DNA of 64,000 nt from contig CAUYUJ010000251.1 of assembly GCA_963575745.1 (NCBI GenBank), positions 1-64,000 on the forward strand, given 5' to 3'. Within the stretch, counting starts at the first letter, position 1, and the number at the start of each line of letters is the position of its first letter. Shown here one piece after another: positions 39,489 through 54,630 of this stretch. Under the pieces are notes generated by a model. The model ran no database searches. It was not told the origin of the DNA and saw nothing but the letters and a program-made list of their open reading frames with translations. A program made the translations under genes and the position numbers. This DNA is from Prorocentrum cordatum. Its lineage: Eukaryota.

Positions 39489-40010
39489 TCATGTCTCGGC
39501 CAACATGCTCTCCTCCATGTCTTGCTGGGCCTGGTCTGTCGGGTTGCTGTACTCAGCCTCTGCCTGCAGGACTTGGTTCGTGGCGAGGGCGACAAACCCA
39601 GCAAGAAATTCCGCTGTCGCGGCGACTAGGAAGATCAGCGGCAACGCCATCGCCAGCGCCACGAAGCCCTCGATGACCGCGAGGCATACGGTGCAGACCT
39701 GGGCTCCAAAGGTTGCGGCGCTGCTAAGCAGCGCCATCTGAAGGGCCACGCTGACGTGGCCCTGCTGCTCCTCAGCACGCTTGCTGAGCCTTCCGACAAG
39801 GCCGAACCCTATGGAGTGCGCCCCCGCGAACGGGAGGATTGAGAAGGTGGTGCACAAGAAGGCGAGCGCGCCGTTGTGCCCCACGAGCAGCGCCGCAGTC
39901 GAGTTCGCAGCGGCACCTGAGAACAGCATCACGGCGAAAATCGCCATCGGCTGCGCTCTGGTTCTACGCAGGATGAGGATGACCAGCAAAGAAGACGCAA
40001 GAAGCATGAT
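39489..40010 (-). CDS. Terminal exon of sucrose/H+ symporter-like MFS transporter (SUT/SLC45 family); 5' boundary approximate
   Basis: About four hydrophobic segments. ILPFAGAHSIGFGLVG...QMALLSS..TFGAQV fits the C-terminal half of the family. Same strand as, and downstream of, the diagnostic exons. Confidence 0.7.
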   Translation of the reverse strand: MMLLASSLLVILILRRTRAQPMAIFAVMLFSGAAANSTAALLVGHNGALAFLCTTFSILPFAGAHSIGFGLVGRLSKRAEEQQGHVSVALQMALLSSAATFGAQVCTVCLAVIEGFVALAMALPLIFLVAATAEFLAGFVALATNQVLQAEAEYSNPTDQAQQDMEESMLAET

Positions 40011-42491
40011 CCGCGGGCCCCCGCTCGCTTGGTGAGGCATCCTAGGCGATCGACGGGGCTGGCCACTCAGCAGAGAGCGGCGGGCTCAGCTTCGAAGAAT
40101 CCGGGGCACGCCCTACATCCTCCCTCGAAGCGAAACGCGTGTTGTTCCCGCGACGTGGCGGCGCCCCAGGACCCTAAAATTTCAATGTTCGCGCCGACGG
40201 TGGCGACTGCAAACACAAGAATCTGACCCCGTGGGCCCGTGGGTCGCGTTCCACGCGTCTACCAACAGTAGAATTCGAGTTTGACTTCGGGGAGGGTTGT
40301 AGCCTCGCCGCAGACGCCGCCCATCCAGACGGCTGATACGGAGGGAAGCCAGGTTGATCCTGGCCTCTCCCGGCCTCCGCTTCCGCGGCGGGGGGGGGGG
40401 GTCAGCGAGCAGCCCGGGCTCCCAGCTGTCCCCCGATTTGGTTTTGAACAGGGACCGACCGCCCCGGTATTCATATAGGCCTACCACGGAGTGTTCTTAG
40501 AACCAACCAATGTTTAAATAACAAGAAACAAGGTTCTTAGAGCATGGAACCGATGTACTAGAACAATACAGTTTTGGCCAAACACGTTCTGAGAACCTTT
40601 CGCGCAAACCACCATCCCAAGACATTTTTCGGTTGTCGTATAGGCAAGCCTGGACGCTTCGCCAATGCTTGATGGTTTCCCCAGCCCGCGGCCCCAGAGC
40701 TCCCGAACCCCGGCCCGGGGCCAGCTTTGCGCCCCGGATCCATTTCTGATGGCCCCGACGCTCCATGGTGGGCCCCGGAGGCCGAAATCGAGGAACAACT
40801 CCGGAATGCAAATAATCGTATCCTCAGGGATCTGGGTTGCCGATTCAGGACTCGGTCGGCGTCCGTCCGGAACGATTCGGGCATTCCCCGAACGGTCTCG
40901 GCGAGGCGCAGCTGTTGGAACGCACCCCGAGGCCAGAAGACCTCCAGGAACCGTCGAGAACTGCCGAAACCTTGCTCCTCGGAGATCTGGGTAGGTCGGA
41001 ATTACAGGAACAAACGGCCCAGATTGAGAACATCATACCCTCGGAGCTCTCGCCTCGCACCTCGCGAAGCTCCTCGCGCCAACCCCCCGTCCCCCCGCGG
41101 GGAGGAAGAAACACAGAAAGATGCCCAATCTGCACCACGAGGCGCGGCTTGACGATCCTCAGAACGTGCCTTATAGCGCCACCGTGCGTTTGTCCACCGA
41201 GGCACTCCTGAACCTAGACTCCAGCACTGCTTCAACCACTTGCTCGACCTCGTCACGGAGCCCCGGCAACGCCCGTGGGTGCGCCCTCGCCGCGGCCCGG
41301 CTGCTGCCACGGCCCGGCTGCTGCCACGGCTGGCCGCACCGGCCCACTCGACGTGGAAGTCTTCCGCGTCTGAGAGGCTCTCCTCCTCCTCCGGTCCTCC
41401 GCGCAGCCACCCCAGTCCTGTTACCCCCTCTTGCACGCGAGCCAATTCGCCTTTCGGTCGCCCCGTATCGCCACCCGCTGGAGCAGCTTCTCTGCCTCGC
41501 AACCGACGGAGAAAGCTTGCCCACCGAGGCCCTCCACGTGCGACGCGGGCGGCGTGGCCAACGAGGGCCCACACGTGCACGGCCTGCGAGCCAGCGGCGG
41601 AGAGGAGCGTGCGTCCTGCGGGCCCTCGCGCGGCCGCCTCCGCGCCCCTGCGGTGGAGAGCCAGGTGGCCCAGGGCCCCCCCCCCGCGCTCGGAGGCCCT
41701 CGGGGCCGACCAGGAGCGCTGCTCGGGCGTTTGCGCAGGGGGGGGGCGTGGCGAAGAAGGAGGGACCTAAGTTAAGAGGGCAGGGCCAGGAGCATTAAGG
41801 TTGAGCACGGACCAAACCGCCCAGAATAATCATCCCTAATGCGAAGACGACGGGGACCTCAGAGAGGCTACGTCTTCACCGCGCTATTGAGGTCAGGGGT
41901 TCCTGTGTTCTCAAGGAAGAAGCGCGCACCCTGCGTGCACCTTTTGGGACCTGCGGTGGCAGTTTCGGGGCCCTTCAGGGCCACCCTCCTGCAAGCCTCG
42001 ATCCTCCCGCGCTCATTGCCCCCCCGGGGCAGCCGTCCGCCCGAGCTGCTCGGGCTCGGGTGCGGCCCTGGGATGTCTCGCGGCTGCCTGGCGACGACCT
42101 GGGCGCGGCCGAAACCTGGCAAGCGTCCCAGGAGAGGCGTGCGGCACTCCCTGCACTCTCACCCCTCCCGCTGCCCGTCCAGCTACTTCCACCTCTGCCC
42201 TCCTCCTGCGTCCTCCATTCTCTTCCCCAGACCCCCTCGCGTCGACAAAAAACGCACGAGGGGAGGTCTTTGGGCGTTTTCGGCTCCTGGGGGCGCACCT
42301 CCTTGGAACTTGGTCCAGGCGCGTCGATAAATAGAGATGCCCAAGCGCCAAGCGCGTACAAGCACTATAACCTCGCCGACGTTTCGCGCGCTTAGGTTCT
42401 GACCACCACCCACCCTCGACAACGGCACAACTTTACATGTGCACACCAATACGCACCGGTTGCATTTAGGTTGCGACAAGGGACGCCCAGG

Positions 42492-43756
42492 AAATTATCC
42501 CAACGGAAGACCCAACCATATGCAGTTGTGGGTACCGCAATTGTGAAGATATTCTTCGGCGAAGCTCCCTATAGGGCCACGAAGCGCTGTACTGGGTGGG
42601 GGGGGAACGCATGCGGGTGGTAACGCTGGGGCCGTCGGTGGAGTTTCCTATGGTGCCACGAAGCGCTGTACTGGTGGCGGACGCATGCGGGCGGTGCCAC
42701 TGGGACCTTCGGTGGAGCCCCCTTACGGGGCCACGAAACGCTGTACTGGGTGGGTGAAACGCAGGGAGCAAGGGCTGTGCTGGGTGGTGGCGGACGCATG
42801 TGGGCGGTGCCACTGGGCCCTTCGGTGGAGCCCCCTATGGGCCACGAAACGCTGTATGGGTGGGTGGAACGCAAGGAGCAAGGGCAGTGCTGGGTGGTGA
42901 CGGACGCATGCGGGCGGTGCCACTGGGACCTTCCGTGGAACCCCCGATGGGGCCACGAAGCGCTGTACTGGGTGTGCGAAACGCAGGGAACAAGGGCTGT
43001 TGTGGGTGGTGGCGGACGCATGCGGGCGGTGCCACTGGGATCTTCGGTGGAGCCCCCGATGGGGCCACGAAGCGCTGTACTGGGTGGGTGAAACGCAGGG
43101 AGCAAGGGCTGTGGTGGGTGGTGGCGGACGCACGCGGGCGGTGCCACTGGGACCTTCGGTGGAGCCCCCCATGGAGCCACGAAGCGCTGTTCTGGGTGTG
43201 TGGAACGCAGGGGGCAAGGGCTGTGCTGGGTGGTGGCGGACGCATGCGGGCGATGCCACTGGGAACTTCGGTGGAGCCCCCTATGGGGCCACGAAGCGCT
43301 GTACTGGGTGGGTGAAGAGGGAGCAAAGGCTGTGCTGGGTGGTGGCGGACGCATGCGGGCGGTGCCACTGGGACCTTCGGTGGAACCCACGATGGGGCCA
43401 CGAAGCGCTGTACTGGGTGGGTGAAACGCAGGGAGCAAGGGCTGTGCTGGGTGGTGGCGGACGCATGCGGGCGGTGCCAATGGGATCTTTGGTGGAGCTC
43501 CCTATGGGGCCACGAAGTGCTGTACTGGGTGGATGACACGCAGGGAGCAAGGGCTGTGCTGGGTTGTGGCGAACGCACGCGGGCGGTGCCACTGGGGGCT
43601 TCGGTGGAGCTCCCTATGGGGCCACGAAACGATGTGCTGGGTGGGTGAAGCGCATGGAAGAGGGAGAAGGAGGAGGAGAAAAGGAAAGGAGGAGAGGAAC
43701 GCGGGGACCGCCTCTTCAAAACGAGGACCCATCACCACAGGTTGGTTGGGAAAAAC
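42492..43756 (-). mobile_element. Tandem-array element copy 4, 112-bp array
   Basis: Tail (rc) CCCAACCATATGCAGTTGTG at 42511, ~10 units, and head (rc) CTCTTCAAAACGAGGACCCATCACCACAGGTTGGTTGGGAAAAA ending 43755. Confidence 0.8.
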
Positions 43757-43854
43757 TGGGTTACCAGAGGGGGTGGGGGGGAATTTGGAAAAATGGGTCG
43801 CCCACTGGGCCCGCGGACCCTGTCAACAACAACAACAACAACAACAACAACAGC

Positions 43855-43887
<33 letters not shown>

Positions 43888-45426
43888 TACTAGCACGTGG
43901 GGACACACCGTTCTCACCAGTGCCAGGGTTTTCATAGGAGGCGGGCAATACCCCCACTTTGTGGGGGGGCCGGTTCAAGCTCTACCAAATTTCCAAACGA
44001 CTCTTCGCCACCACCCACACCCAGCTTCCCGCCCTATGACGTTCGGACACTTCACTTCGTGGCATGCGGACGACCGTGGCTACTATTCAGGGCCCCGCGG
44101 CCGACGACGACGGCGTGCGCGCGCGAAGAAAAAACGAATGTGTCCCGCATGGTATTATTTGACAGGGATGATGGCCCTGGCAGGTGCGCAACCGTTGTTG
44201 CAGAAGTTCGAAAAAGTTGCTCGCAAAAGCCCGTTTGACAGAAATGTTTAAAAAGTGTTGGGTTTCCTACGAATCCGCAAGAGCGCGCGGGATGAAATTT
44301 TGACATTTTTTGTTGAAAAACCATTGGTTTTTTGATGTTTTTATGTTAAAATCGCTACGAAAACTAAGGTTTTGGAAGGATTTCGTCTTGCGCGCGCGAA
44401 TGTCCACTTTACCTTATTTTTTGCAAGGGATTCTTGAAGTTTGGTTATGTTAGAACAAGAAATGTCCACTTTAGCTTATTTTTTGCAAGGGAAAACCGAT
44501 CGTAACAACACAACCGGATCCGGACTCCCCCGTTTTGCCAGAGACTTCCTCGCGAAAATGATGAAAATGAGGCTGCGGCCTAGGCGCGGCGGGGGGGTCG
44601 TGCACCAGGGGCCCCAACAATAATTATTCTTAAGAAGAAATAATGTTCAACAACAACAACAACAAAGAGCCGCGCCCAGACGGCGCATCGGCAGAAAATG
44701 TGCACATGCATACGTGGAAAATGTCACTGGGCCTCGGCCGGCAACCACTTGCAAGCTCTGCGCAAATGGCGCGCGAGGGTAAGCAGCAACACTCCGTCTG
44801 AAGAGGGTGGGGGGGGCGGGGAGGGGACAGGGAGGAGGGAGGCGAATGGGCAGAGCGAGGGAACTCATCGCAGTCACACTGGCTGTTTACAATACTCTTT
44901 GACAGCTGGATCCCATTCCCTTGGAGGAGAATTCAATAACATCTGCAGGCGGTCGGGGTCGTCTCCTGCGACTCTCAGCGCGCGGGCGTGCATGCAACTG
45001 GTCCATTGCAAGCGCGGTCTGCCTCGATTCTTCAGGGACCGCCATTCCCGTGGCATTAGGGAGTGCGGACCCTGTCGCCGGGTATATTTCATGTGTGCAT
45101 CCAATAATCTATCTATGTATACTTGCGCGCCGATGTTGATCTTCACACCCTCACGCGTCCGCAGGCTGAAAGGTGCCTTACCGCATCGGCGACCCCTCGC
45201 TTTCACGACCTGGCGCCCGCCCGACTATAGCGAGACGCTTCAGGCTCCGACGATCGACTTTAACTTTCGGGTGGTGCCCTCGCTCGTGGACTCCACCGGG
45301 ACCCATGGCCCGAGCAGGGGCGGTAGACTTCCGCATCGTGCGGACAAAAGGGTTCGTGTGGGTAGGTCGCAGGGGCTGCAACTGCTCGATGCGTGAACGG
45401 CGGGTGTCTGTGCGCCGCAAGGCATC

Positions 45427-46040
45427 CTCTATGGATTTGCTCTGGCCTGCGCGGGCAAACTGCCTCTGCCCTGTCGCATAAGCCTCGTGAGCTGCAGACC
45501 CGAGAGGTGCGGATGGGTTGCCCTGGTAGACGCAGGTGCTGAACCACTGTCCGGCGTACAGTCCCCAAGCTGTCCCTGCCAACGTAACCAGGCATTGGAC
45601 AGCAGCCAGGCGCCGGAATATCAAAGAACTCCCCTTTGCAGCCTCGATGACATCGAAGACGGGTGTGAGCAAAGAACTCCGTGCGCACCTGGCGTCTGGC
45701 GAAACATTGGTCGCTGGCGCTTCCTCGGCTACAGCGAACTGAATCAGGACTGCAATCGAATTAATTGAACAAAGAAGCACTACCAACTCCAACATGTGCT
45801 CCGCTGGGACGCCATACAAGCCCAGCATTGAAAATCCCATCAAGCTGCCGACTCCCTTCATGAAGACGACCAATACCTGCACTTGAACCTGCTGGTCATC
45901 GGAAGCAATATCCGCAATTAGCGCGCGTTGCGGTACGTCCAATATGTTCACCGCAATATCCAAAACCCAGAGCATCGGAGCCGCCGCAAAGGGCGCCACG
46001 TGTTCCGGCAGCAGGTGCTCGCCCAGGGCGAACGACACTC
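45427..46040 (-). CDS. Internal exon of SUT/SLC45-like transporter (donor position approximate)
   Basis: WVLDIAVNILDVPQRALIAD and QWFSTCVYQGNPSAPLGSAAHEAYATG match family signatures. CCCAG|GA acceptor at 46041/46040. Confidence 0.88.
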
Positions 46041-47560
46041 CTGGGAGCCCCCGGCCCAGGCCACTGGTTTATCCAGCCCTCCCCGCCCTGCCTTTCCCAG
46101 GGCAAGCTCCCGTGGTGGGCTGGGAAGGGTGGAGTGTTACAGTCAAGGCCCCGCCACAAGGATCCTCTACGTGAGGGACGCTGCTCCTCGCGGGCCCCAC
46201 TTCTTTTCCCCAAGTGCGCGGTGAGCGCTGGAGGAGAGGGCTGGGGTGGAGCCCAGGAGCCTCGAGGTCCATCCGTTCCGGAACCCATGTGCTCTGTTCA
46301 ATCGACCCGACCGCAGGGCCCGGTGTTGCCAAGGGTGCCGTCAAAGGTGCGGTGCCCCAGGCCTACAACGCCCCCCCCTAGGATCAGGAGGTCCAAGGAT
46401 GCGCAGGCGCAGACGGGGGACGAAAATAAACGGATCCAACGCACGATGATACAGCGGCCTTACGCCGCGGCTTACCCGGGCCGCCCGGGAAGCGAAGCGC
46501 GCTACATTGGAAACGAATGGGCTCGCGCGCGACCTCACGCGGGAGGCCTCCGCGCGAATGTCGGCGCTGGCGACCCCGCTTGCATCCGCCGCCCAGATGC
46601 CCTGCAGCGCGCACATCACGAGGCCCAGGGACCCCGTGGGGGCTCCAGGGTGGCAAGCAGAGCAGTGGACCGTCTGGGCCAGGGCCACCACCTGGCGGGG
46701 GGGGGAGGGGGGGAAGGGGTACCGAGGACCAGCGGGCGCGCTGGAGCCGCGCAGAAGACATGCCGCACGAGACGGGGCCAGCATTTCTCCGTCTCTCCGA
46801 GGGTGTGGGGCGCGCGGCGCCTTGCGCGACAGGGCCCCCGACGCCATGTCCTGTTCACCGCGTCGACCCCCCCAAGAGGTCTCGACCCACTCCACAGGAC
46901 CGATGCTTCAGGTCCTTCATCCGGAGCCATGCCCTGATGGTCCCGGAGCCTGCCGAGGGCCCACCGGTGCCGAAGATGTCCCAAAGACCTCCTGTCGCGC
47001 TTGCTCCACGGCTCGAGGGGGTCTGCTGAGCTCACCGCTGCGGGGGTGGTAAGGGGGCAGGGAGAGGTTAGAAGTGGATGCTAAGGCGAGTCGTATCTGG
47101 CCTAACCTTGGCTTAAATGGGCTACGGGGGCCCAAATTGGACTGAGCGGGAGTGCGGGTCTGGTCCAAGTGGGCGGAGCCCACTCAGCGGAGCTCTCATC
47201 ACTATACACTACTTGGGGCACGCCCAACCCATTCATAAGATAGCTCAGGCCAGATACAGTCGGGCCGCTGAAATAAGGAACTAAGCCCATCTTCGGCCCC
47301 AAAAGCACCTACGTGCACAGGGAGGGCTAGAGGAACAACCACATAGTCGCCTAAGGAACATCAGGCCCCTCTCGTGCCCAAACTGTTCCTTGTTTCGTAG
47401 TCTTGACTGTAGAACCCCACCACGGCATCCACTTCTAACCTCCGTATCCTCTCCGCACCCACAGCGGTGATCTCAGTGGGCTGGGGGGCAGGACCCCCGC
47501 ACGCTGCGCGAGCGAAGGCGGGCGGGCGGCGGGAGATCCGTCGAAGGCGACACGCACAGC

Positions 47561-47608
47561 GACGGTACTCACAACTGCACATGGTCGGGTCCTTCGCCAG
47601 AATATTTG
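47561..47608 (+). repeat. Orphan tail of the tandem-array element
   Basis: CGGTACTCACAACTGCACATGGTCGGGTCCTTCGCCAGAATATTT with no array or head. Confidence 0.7.
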
Positions 47609-48590
47609 TTCCACGGCGTCGATCCTCAGAAGTCTCGGCTCAAGCCCCAGGAACGTATTCTTAAGATATATATTTTTATATATATATATATATATGAATA
47701 TACATATATATACATATATATATATATCCCCAGGAACGTATTATATATATATTGCGTCGTTTCCTGACACGACGAGGGCCCCAGAGGCCGAACACGCCCC
47801 AACAACTCCCGCCACGATCCTCTCACGGCGCGCAGGGGTCTGGGCTCCCGGGGCCCCCCTCGCCTCGTGAACCGCTCACGACGGCAACTGTTGTTTTGCT
47901 CGGCCTCGGGGGGCCCGCGCCGGGCCGTAGGACCGTCAAACCACAACTCGAAAGCCAGCCCTGGGGAACGAGTCGAGGCCTCAGGGGGTCGACGTCGTGA
48001 AAACGTCATGACGTCGGGGGTCTGGTGTCGGAGGGATCGCGCCGCATCGCCGATGCATCGTCGATGCATCGGCGACGTCGGCAACGCATCGGCGCCGCTG
48101 GCGTGGATAAGTTCGAGCTCCGCGTCGAGCGCCATCCTCCGACCCCACCTAGTCGGACCCCATCTGGGAAGCCTGGATCTCTGCCCCTTTCCCCCAAGAG
48201 GATGTTTAGGTTCGTCCGAAGTTGCTGGACGGTCCTGGGGGGGTGGACGTTGCCCCCACTCGCTTTTTGCGAAGAAGCAGTCGTGCCCCCCCCGACGCAG
48301 CGAGCCCTGCGGCGTGGTGCTTCGATCTCCAGCAGAAACTGGTGTCTCGCACAAATGGCTTGGTCCAAACTCAGACAGGGGAGGAGGGACCCTCCCGGGA
48401 GCCCGAGCCCAACCCCCTCCCACCTCCCCGCTCTCCTCCGGGCGCCCGCCAAAACGCAGTGTGGCGGACTTCGCGGCCGCGTAACTGGATTGCCGCGACA
48501 GTCCTGGGCCCCAGCGGCGACCTCCAGACACCAGAACGTGACAACTGACCCATGGAACAATCCTGCCGACCCATACCCCCTCGAATCATG

Positions 48591-49975
48591 AAATTATATC
48601 CTGACGAAGAACCCAACCATGTATACCGCGTTGTGGTCATTGCTTTCGGTGAAGCTCCGTGGGGCCACGAACCATGTGAGGTGTGCGCCCGAATTGGCGG
48701 GGAACCGCATGCGAACTGCGCCACGGAGACACTCGGTGGGGCTGCCTACGGGGCCACAAAGCGTGTGAGTGGTGTGCCGAAGCGGGCGCGACGCCCGCAT
48801 GCGAATTGCATCACGGCGGCACTCGGTGAAGCCGAAATTGGTCTGGAACCACACGCGAATTGCGCCACGGGGGCACTCGGTGGTGTGGCCATCGCTTTCA
48901 GTGGAGCTTCCTATGGGGCCACGAAACGTGTAAGGGGAGTGTGCCAAAACGGGAGTAACGCCCACATGCGAACTGCGTCACGGGCACTTCAGGTGGAGCT
49001 CCATGTGGGGCCACGAAACGCATGAGAAACGTGCCGAAACGGGCGTGACGCCCACATTGGATCTGCGCCACTTTGGCCTGAGGTGGAGCGCCGTATGGGG
49101 CCACGAAACGTGTCGGGGTATGCCGAGGCGGGGGTGACGCCAACATGTCAACTGCGCCACAGAAGCACTCGGTCGAGCTCCCTGTGAAGCCACGACACGT
49201 GTGAGGGGTGAGCCGAAACGGGCGTGACGGCCTGATGCGAACTGCGCCACCGTGGCTTTAGATGGAGCTCCCCCTGGGGCCACGAAACGTGTGAAGGGTC
49301 TGCCGAAACGGGTGGGGAACCGCATGCGAACTGCGCCACACATGAACTTGGTGTGGCTCCCTGTGGGGCGACGAAAAGGTGTGATGTGCCGAAAAAAGTG
49401 CGACGCCCGCATGCGAACTGCGCTACGGAAGCACTCGGTGGAGCTGCCTACGGGGCCACGAAACGTGTGAGGGGTGTAACGGCACGGGCGTGACGCCCAC
49501 ATGGGAATTTCGCCACATTTGCCTGAGGAGCGCTATATGAAGCTACGAACCGTGTGAGGGGTGTGCTGAAACGGGATTGACGCCCACATGCAAACTGCGC
49601 CACAGAGGAACTCGGTGAAGCTCCCTATGGGGCCACGAAGCGTGTGAAGGGTCTGCCGAAACCGGCGTGACACCCACATGCGAACTGCGCCACGGAGGCA
49701 ATCGGTGGAGCTCCCTATGGGGCCACGAAAAGTGCGATGGGGTGTGCCGACATGGGCAAAGATGATGCCGCTGATTTGATGGTGGTGATGATGATGCTGC
49801 TGATGCTGATGCTGATGATGCTGCTGATGATGCTGCTGCTGATGATGATGATCATCATCCTCATGCTGATCATCATGATGATCATGATGCTGATAATGAT
49901 AATGATAATGATAATGATAATGATAATGATGCTGATGCTGATGCTGATGCTGATGCTGATAATGATGATGATGCT

Positions 49976-50006
<31 letters not shown>

Positions 50007-50011
50007 ATTAC

Positions 50012-50081
<70 letters not shown>

Positions 50082-50150
50082 GCGGCGGCGGCGGCGGCGG
50101 CGAGGATGATGATGCTGATGCTGATGCTGCTGCTGCTGCTGCTGCTACTC

Positions 50151-50190
<40 letters not shown>

Positions 50191-50341
50191 GGAGGAGGAG
50201 GCGGAGGAGGAGGAGGAGGAGGAGGACAAAGAGGAGGACGAAGAGGATGAGAGGAGGGATGAGGGGGGAGGAGGAGTCAGGAGTGAGCGCGGGGGCTCTC
50301 TTCAAAAAGAGGACCCCACACCACAGGATGTTTTGGACAAA
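48591..50341 (-). mobile_element. Tandem-array element copy 6, diverged ~89-bp array, expanded (GAT/GCT/GGA)n microsatellite
   Basis: Tail (rc) near 48600-48620, ~12 degenerate units, microsatellite 49760-50275, and head (rc) CTCTTCAAAAAGAGGACCCCACACCACAGGATG. Confidence 0.75.
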
Positions 50342-51357
50342 TATCAGGGACATTTTTTTCTATATTTTTAGCTTCTGGGGCCCATACCGAGCCTCGGGAC
50401 CGCCTAAAAAACGACTCGGGATGAAAAGCCAGTCCTGGGGACTGTGTGGAAACCTTTGGGGGTCGACGTTGTGAACGATTCATGACGTCGGGGGTCTGTG
50501 CGTCAAGCAATCCTGTCGAGTCGCCAGGGAGGTCCAGGAGTGCGAAAGAGGGTCCGCAGTAATTCAGGAACAGAAGAGCAGTCAGGTCAGCGATGCGTTC
50601 CGGCGTGCTCGAGTGTCGCTGGAGCAGCCCAAGCACTGTCCTGACCAGTCGGCTGTGGCAACCGCCTCAAGGCCACGACGAGTCGGGCCCGTGCTCGGGC
50701 CTTCCGAGCATCCGATGCCCGAGGGGACCCGGGCGACCCGCATGCTGACCTTCGCGCTGCGCGCTGACAGCCCCTGCAACTAGAGTCCTGGCTGGCCCGG
50801 GCTGGCCCCCAACGCAACACGCCCCAGCCCTGGAGCGAGGAACGTCCCAGGGGCGCCGCCGGAGGCGGCGCCGCCGGCGTTCATGACCGCCCCGAGCGTA
50901 GATGTTCTCAAAGACGTTGGGGGCGTTTTTCTTGTCCGTTTTCGAGATCGACGTTTTTTCTTTGTTCTGGGAGCCGTTGGTTCCCCGCTTCGGAGGCCGG
51001 TACATTGAAAACTAAAAAAAAAGCCCCCTGCGTTTTCAAGAACAACTAGGCCCCAGACTACTCGGAGGGCCTGTTGAGGCCAGCAGAGACCACTTTGGGG
51101 CGGCCTGTGTTCAACCTGGAGCCTTGCCACGCTAAGCAGAGTCCGCGACGTCATGATTTTATCACCACGGCGACCCCTCGAGACCCACTCACCAGCAACG
51201 GCTTCTCGTCCTGAGCGAACTGTTCGGCGGCACCGTGGCTCGGCGAAGGCCCCCGTGATGCTGACAACGACCCCCCGAGAACTCCCGTCGTGCGTTTCTC
51301 ACGACGCGCGGGGATATGGCTGACCAGGTCCTGTCCTCGGATCCCGACCCCGGGGTC

Positions 51358-51446
51358 CTGCTGCCCACGTCAGCGCCAGGCCCAAGGCGATCACGGGCCG
51401 CCGCCGCCCGTAGGGCGACGCCAGCGAGTCCGACACGGCGCCGACC
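51358..51446 (-). CDS. SUT/SLC45-like transporter exon, 3' part (VGAVSDSLASPYGRRRPVIALGLALTWAA)
   Basis: MFS motif A variant typical of SUT/SLC45 (VG..SD...S..GRRRP). The CAG|GA donor joins in frame to 46040, giving TWAAGVSFALGEH. Confidence 0.85.
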
Positions 51447-51451
51447 AACGG

Positions 51452-52737
<1,286 letters not shown>

Positions 52738-52818
52738 AACGGGCACGCGAAGAAGCCAGTGATGGGGCCAGCCAGGTTGTTGAGGGTGGCCAGGGACGGG
52801 GCGAGGCCGAGGCGCAGC
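52738..52818 (-). CDS. SUT/SLC45-like transporter exon, 5' part (LRLGLAPSLATLNNLAGPITGFFACP)
   Basis: TTCCCAG|G acceptor. The LGL...LAGPITG family motif continues in frame into LVGAVSD once the insertion plus one TSD is removed. The upstream (TM1) exon was not found. Confidence 0.82.
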
Positions 52819-52856
52819 CTGGGAAGCGCGCCTCCACCGCTGCTGCATGGCCAGAC

Positions 52857-52940
52857 CTCCTCGTCCTCCTCCTCCTCCTCCTCCTCCTCCTCCTCGTCGT
52901 CCTCGTCCTCGTCCTCCCCCTCCTCCTCCTCCTCCTCCTC

Positions 52941-52976
<36 letters not shown>

Positions 52977-53072
52977 TTCCTCGTCCTCTTCCTCGTCCTC
53001 TTCCTCCTCCTCCTCCTCTCCTTCTCCTCCTCCTCCTCCTCCTCCACCTCCTCCTCCCCTCTCTCTCTCTCT
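52857..53072. repeat. (CCT)n/(CCTCGT)n microsatellite
   Basis: Directly visible. Confidence 0.95.
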
Positions 53073-53212
53073 CGTCACTGGGAGATCTCCGAGCGGAAGG
53101 CTTCTGGACATTCTCGTCCACCTGGAGGGGGGCCTGGGAACCGCCAAAAACGGGTGGGATTGAATTGTGGATCCTGGGGCAAAGATGCGCGGTTCCAGGG
53201 GCACCGTGTGGG

Positions 53213-54630
53213 AAAAAATACCCTGGCGAAAGCCCCAACCATATGCAGTTGTGACCACCGTCGTTGTGAGCATCGCCTTCGGTGGACCTCCTCATCGGGC
53301 ACCGAAGCGTGCGAAGGGTGTGCCGAGATGTGGCGGGCCGCCATGCGAGTGAGGGGTGTGCCGAACTGGGGCGGCGGTGCCATGAGAACCCTCCCACGGG
53401 CCTTAGGTGGAGCTTTCTATGGGACCACGAAGCGTGTGATGGGTGTGCCGACATGGGGCGGCGGTGCCATGCGAATCCTGCCACTGGGGCCTCAGGTGAA
53501 GCCCCCTATGGGGCCAGGAAAGGTGTGAGGGGTGTGCCGACATGGGGCGGCGGTGCCATGCGAATCCTGCCACCGGGGGTTTAGGTGGAGCTCCCTATGG
53601 GGCCACGAGACATGCGAAAGGAGTGCCGCAAGGGGGCGGCGCTGCAGTGCGAATCCTCCCGCTGGGGCCTTCGGTGGAGCTCCCTATGGGGCCGCGAAGC
53701 GTGTGAGGGATGAGCCGAACTGGGGCGGCGGTGCCGTGGAACCCTCCCACTGGGGCCTTAGGTGTAGCTCCCTGCTATGGGGCCGCGAGACGTGTGAAGG
53801 TGTGCCGAAATGGAGCGGCGGTGCCATGCGAATCCTGCCACTGGGGTCTCCGGCGGAGCTCCCTGTGGGGCCACAAAGATTGTCAGGGGTGTGCCGAAAA
53901 GGGGGCGGAGGTGCCATGCGAACCGTCCCACTGGGGCGTCAGGTGGAGAGGCACATGAGGCCACGAAACATTTGCGGGTGTGCCGACATGGGGCAGCGGT
54001 GCCATGCGAACCCTGCCACTGGGGCCTCAGGTGGAGCTCCCTGTAGGGCCACAAGGAGTGTGAGCTGTGTGCCTAAAGGGGGCGGCGCTGCCATGCGAGC
54101 CCTCCTGCTGAGGCCTTGGGTGGAGCTCCCTCTGGGCCACGAAGCGTGTGACGGGTGTGCCGAAATGGGGCGGCGGTGCCATGCGAACCCTCCCACTGGG
54201 GCCTTAGTTGGAGCTCCCTATGGGGCAACGAGACGTGCGAACGGAATGCCGAAAGTGCGAACCCTCCCGCTGGGGCCTCAGGTGGAGCTCCCTATGGGGC
54301 CGTGAAGCGTGTTAGGGGTGTGCCGACATGGGGCGGCGGTGCCATGCGAACCCTGCCACTGGGGCCTCAGGTGGAGCTCCCTATGGGGCCACAAAGCGTG
54401 TGAGGGATGTGCCGAAAAGGGGCCGGAGGTGCCATGCGAACCCTCCCTCTGGGGCCTCGGGTGGAGCCCCGTGTGGGGCCACGAAGCGTGTGAAGGGTGT
54501 GTGCCGAAACAGAAGCATGGTGAGGGCAGAAGCAGGGACGGGAGGAGGGAGGGAGGGGGGGGGAGAGGTGGGAGACGCGGGGCGCTGTCTCTTCAGCAAA
54601 AGGACCCGACACCACAGGATGGTTGAGAAA
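53213..54630 (-). mobile_element. Tandem-array element copy 7, ~89-bp array
   Basis: Tail (rc) CCTGGCGAAAGCCCCAACCATATGCAGTTGTG, ~13 units, and head (rc) ending CCACAGGATGGTTGAGAAA. Confidence 0.8.

Noticed and set aside
47102..47308. Extra transporter exon
   Set aside because: The flanking exons already join in frame without it, and it has no family motif.
47646..47752. CCCCAGGAACGTATT duplicated around (TA)n as a TSD
   Set aside because: There is no element between the copies other than TA repeat; local slippage is sufficient.
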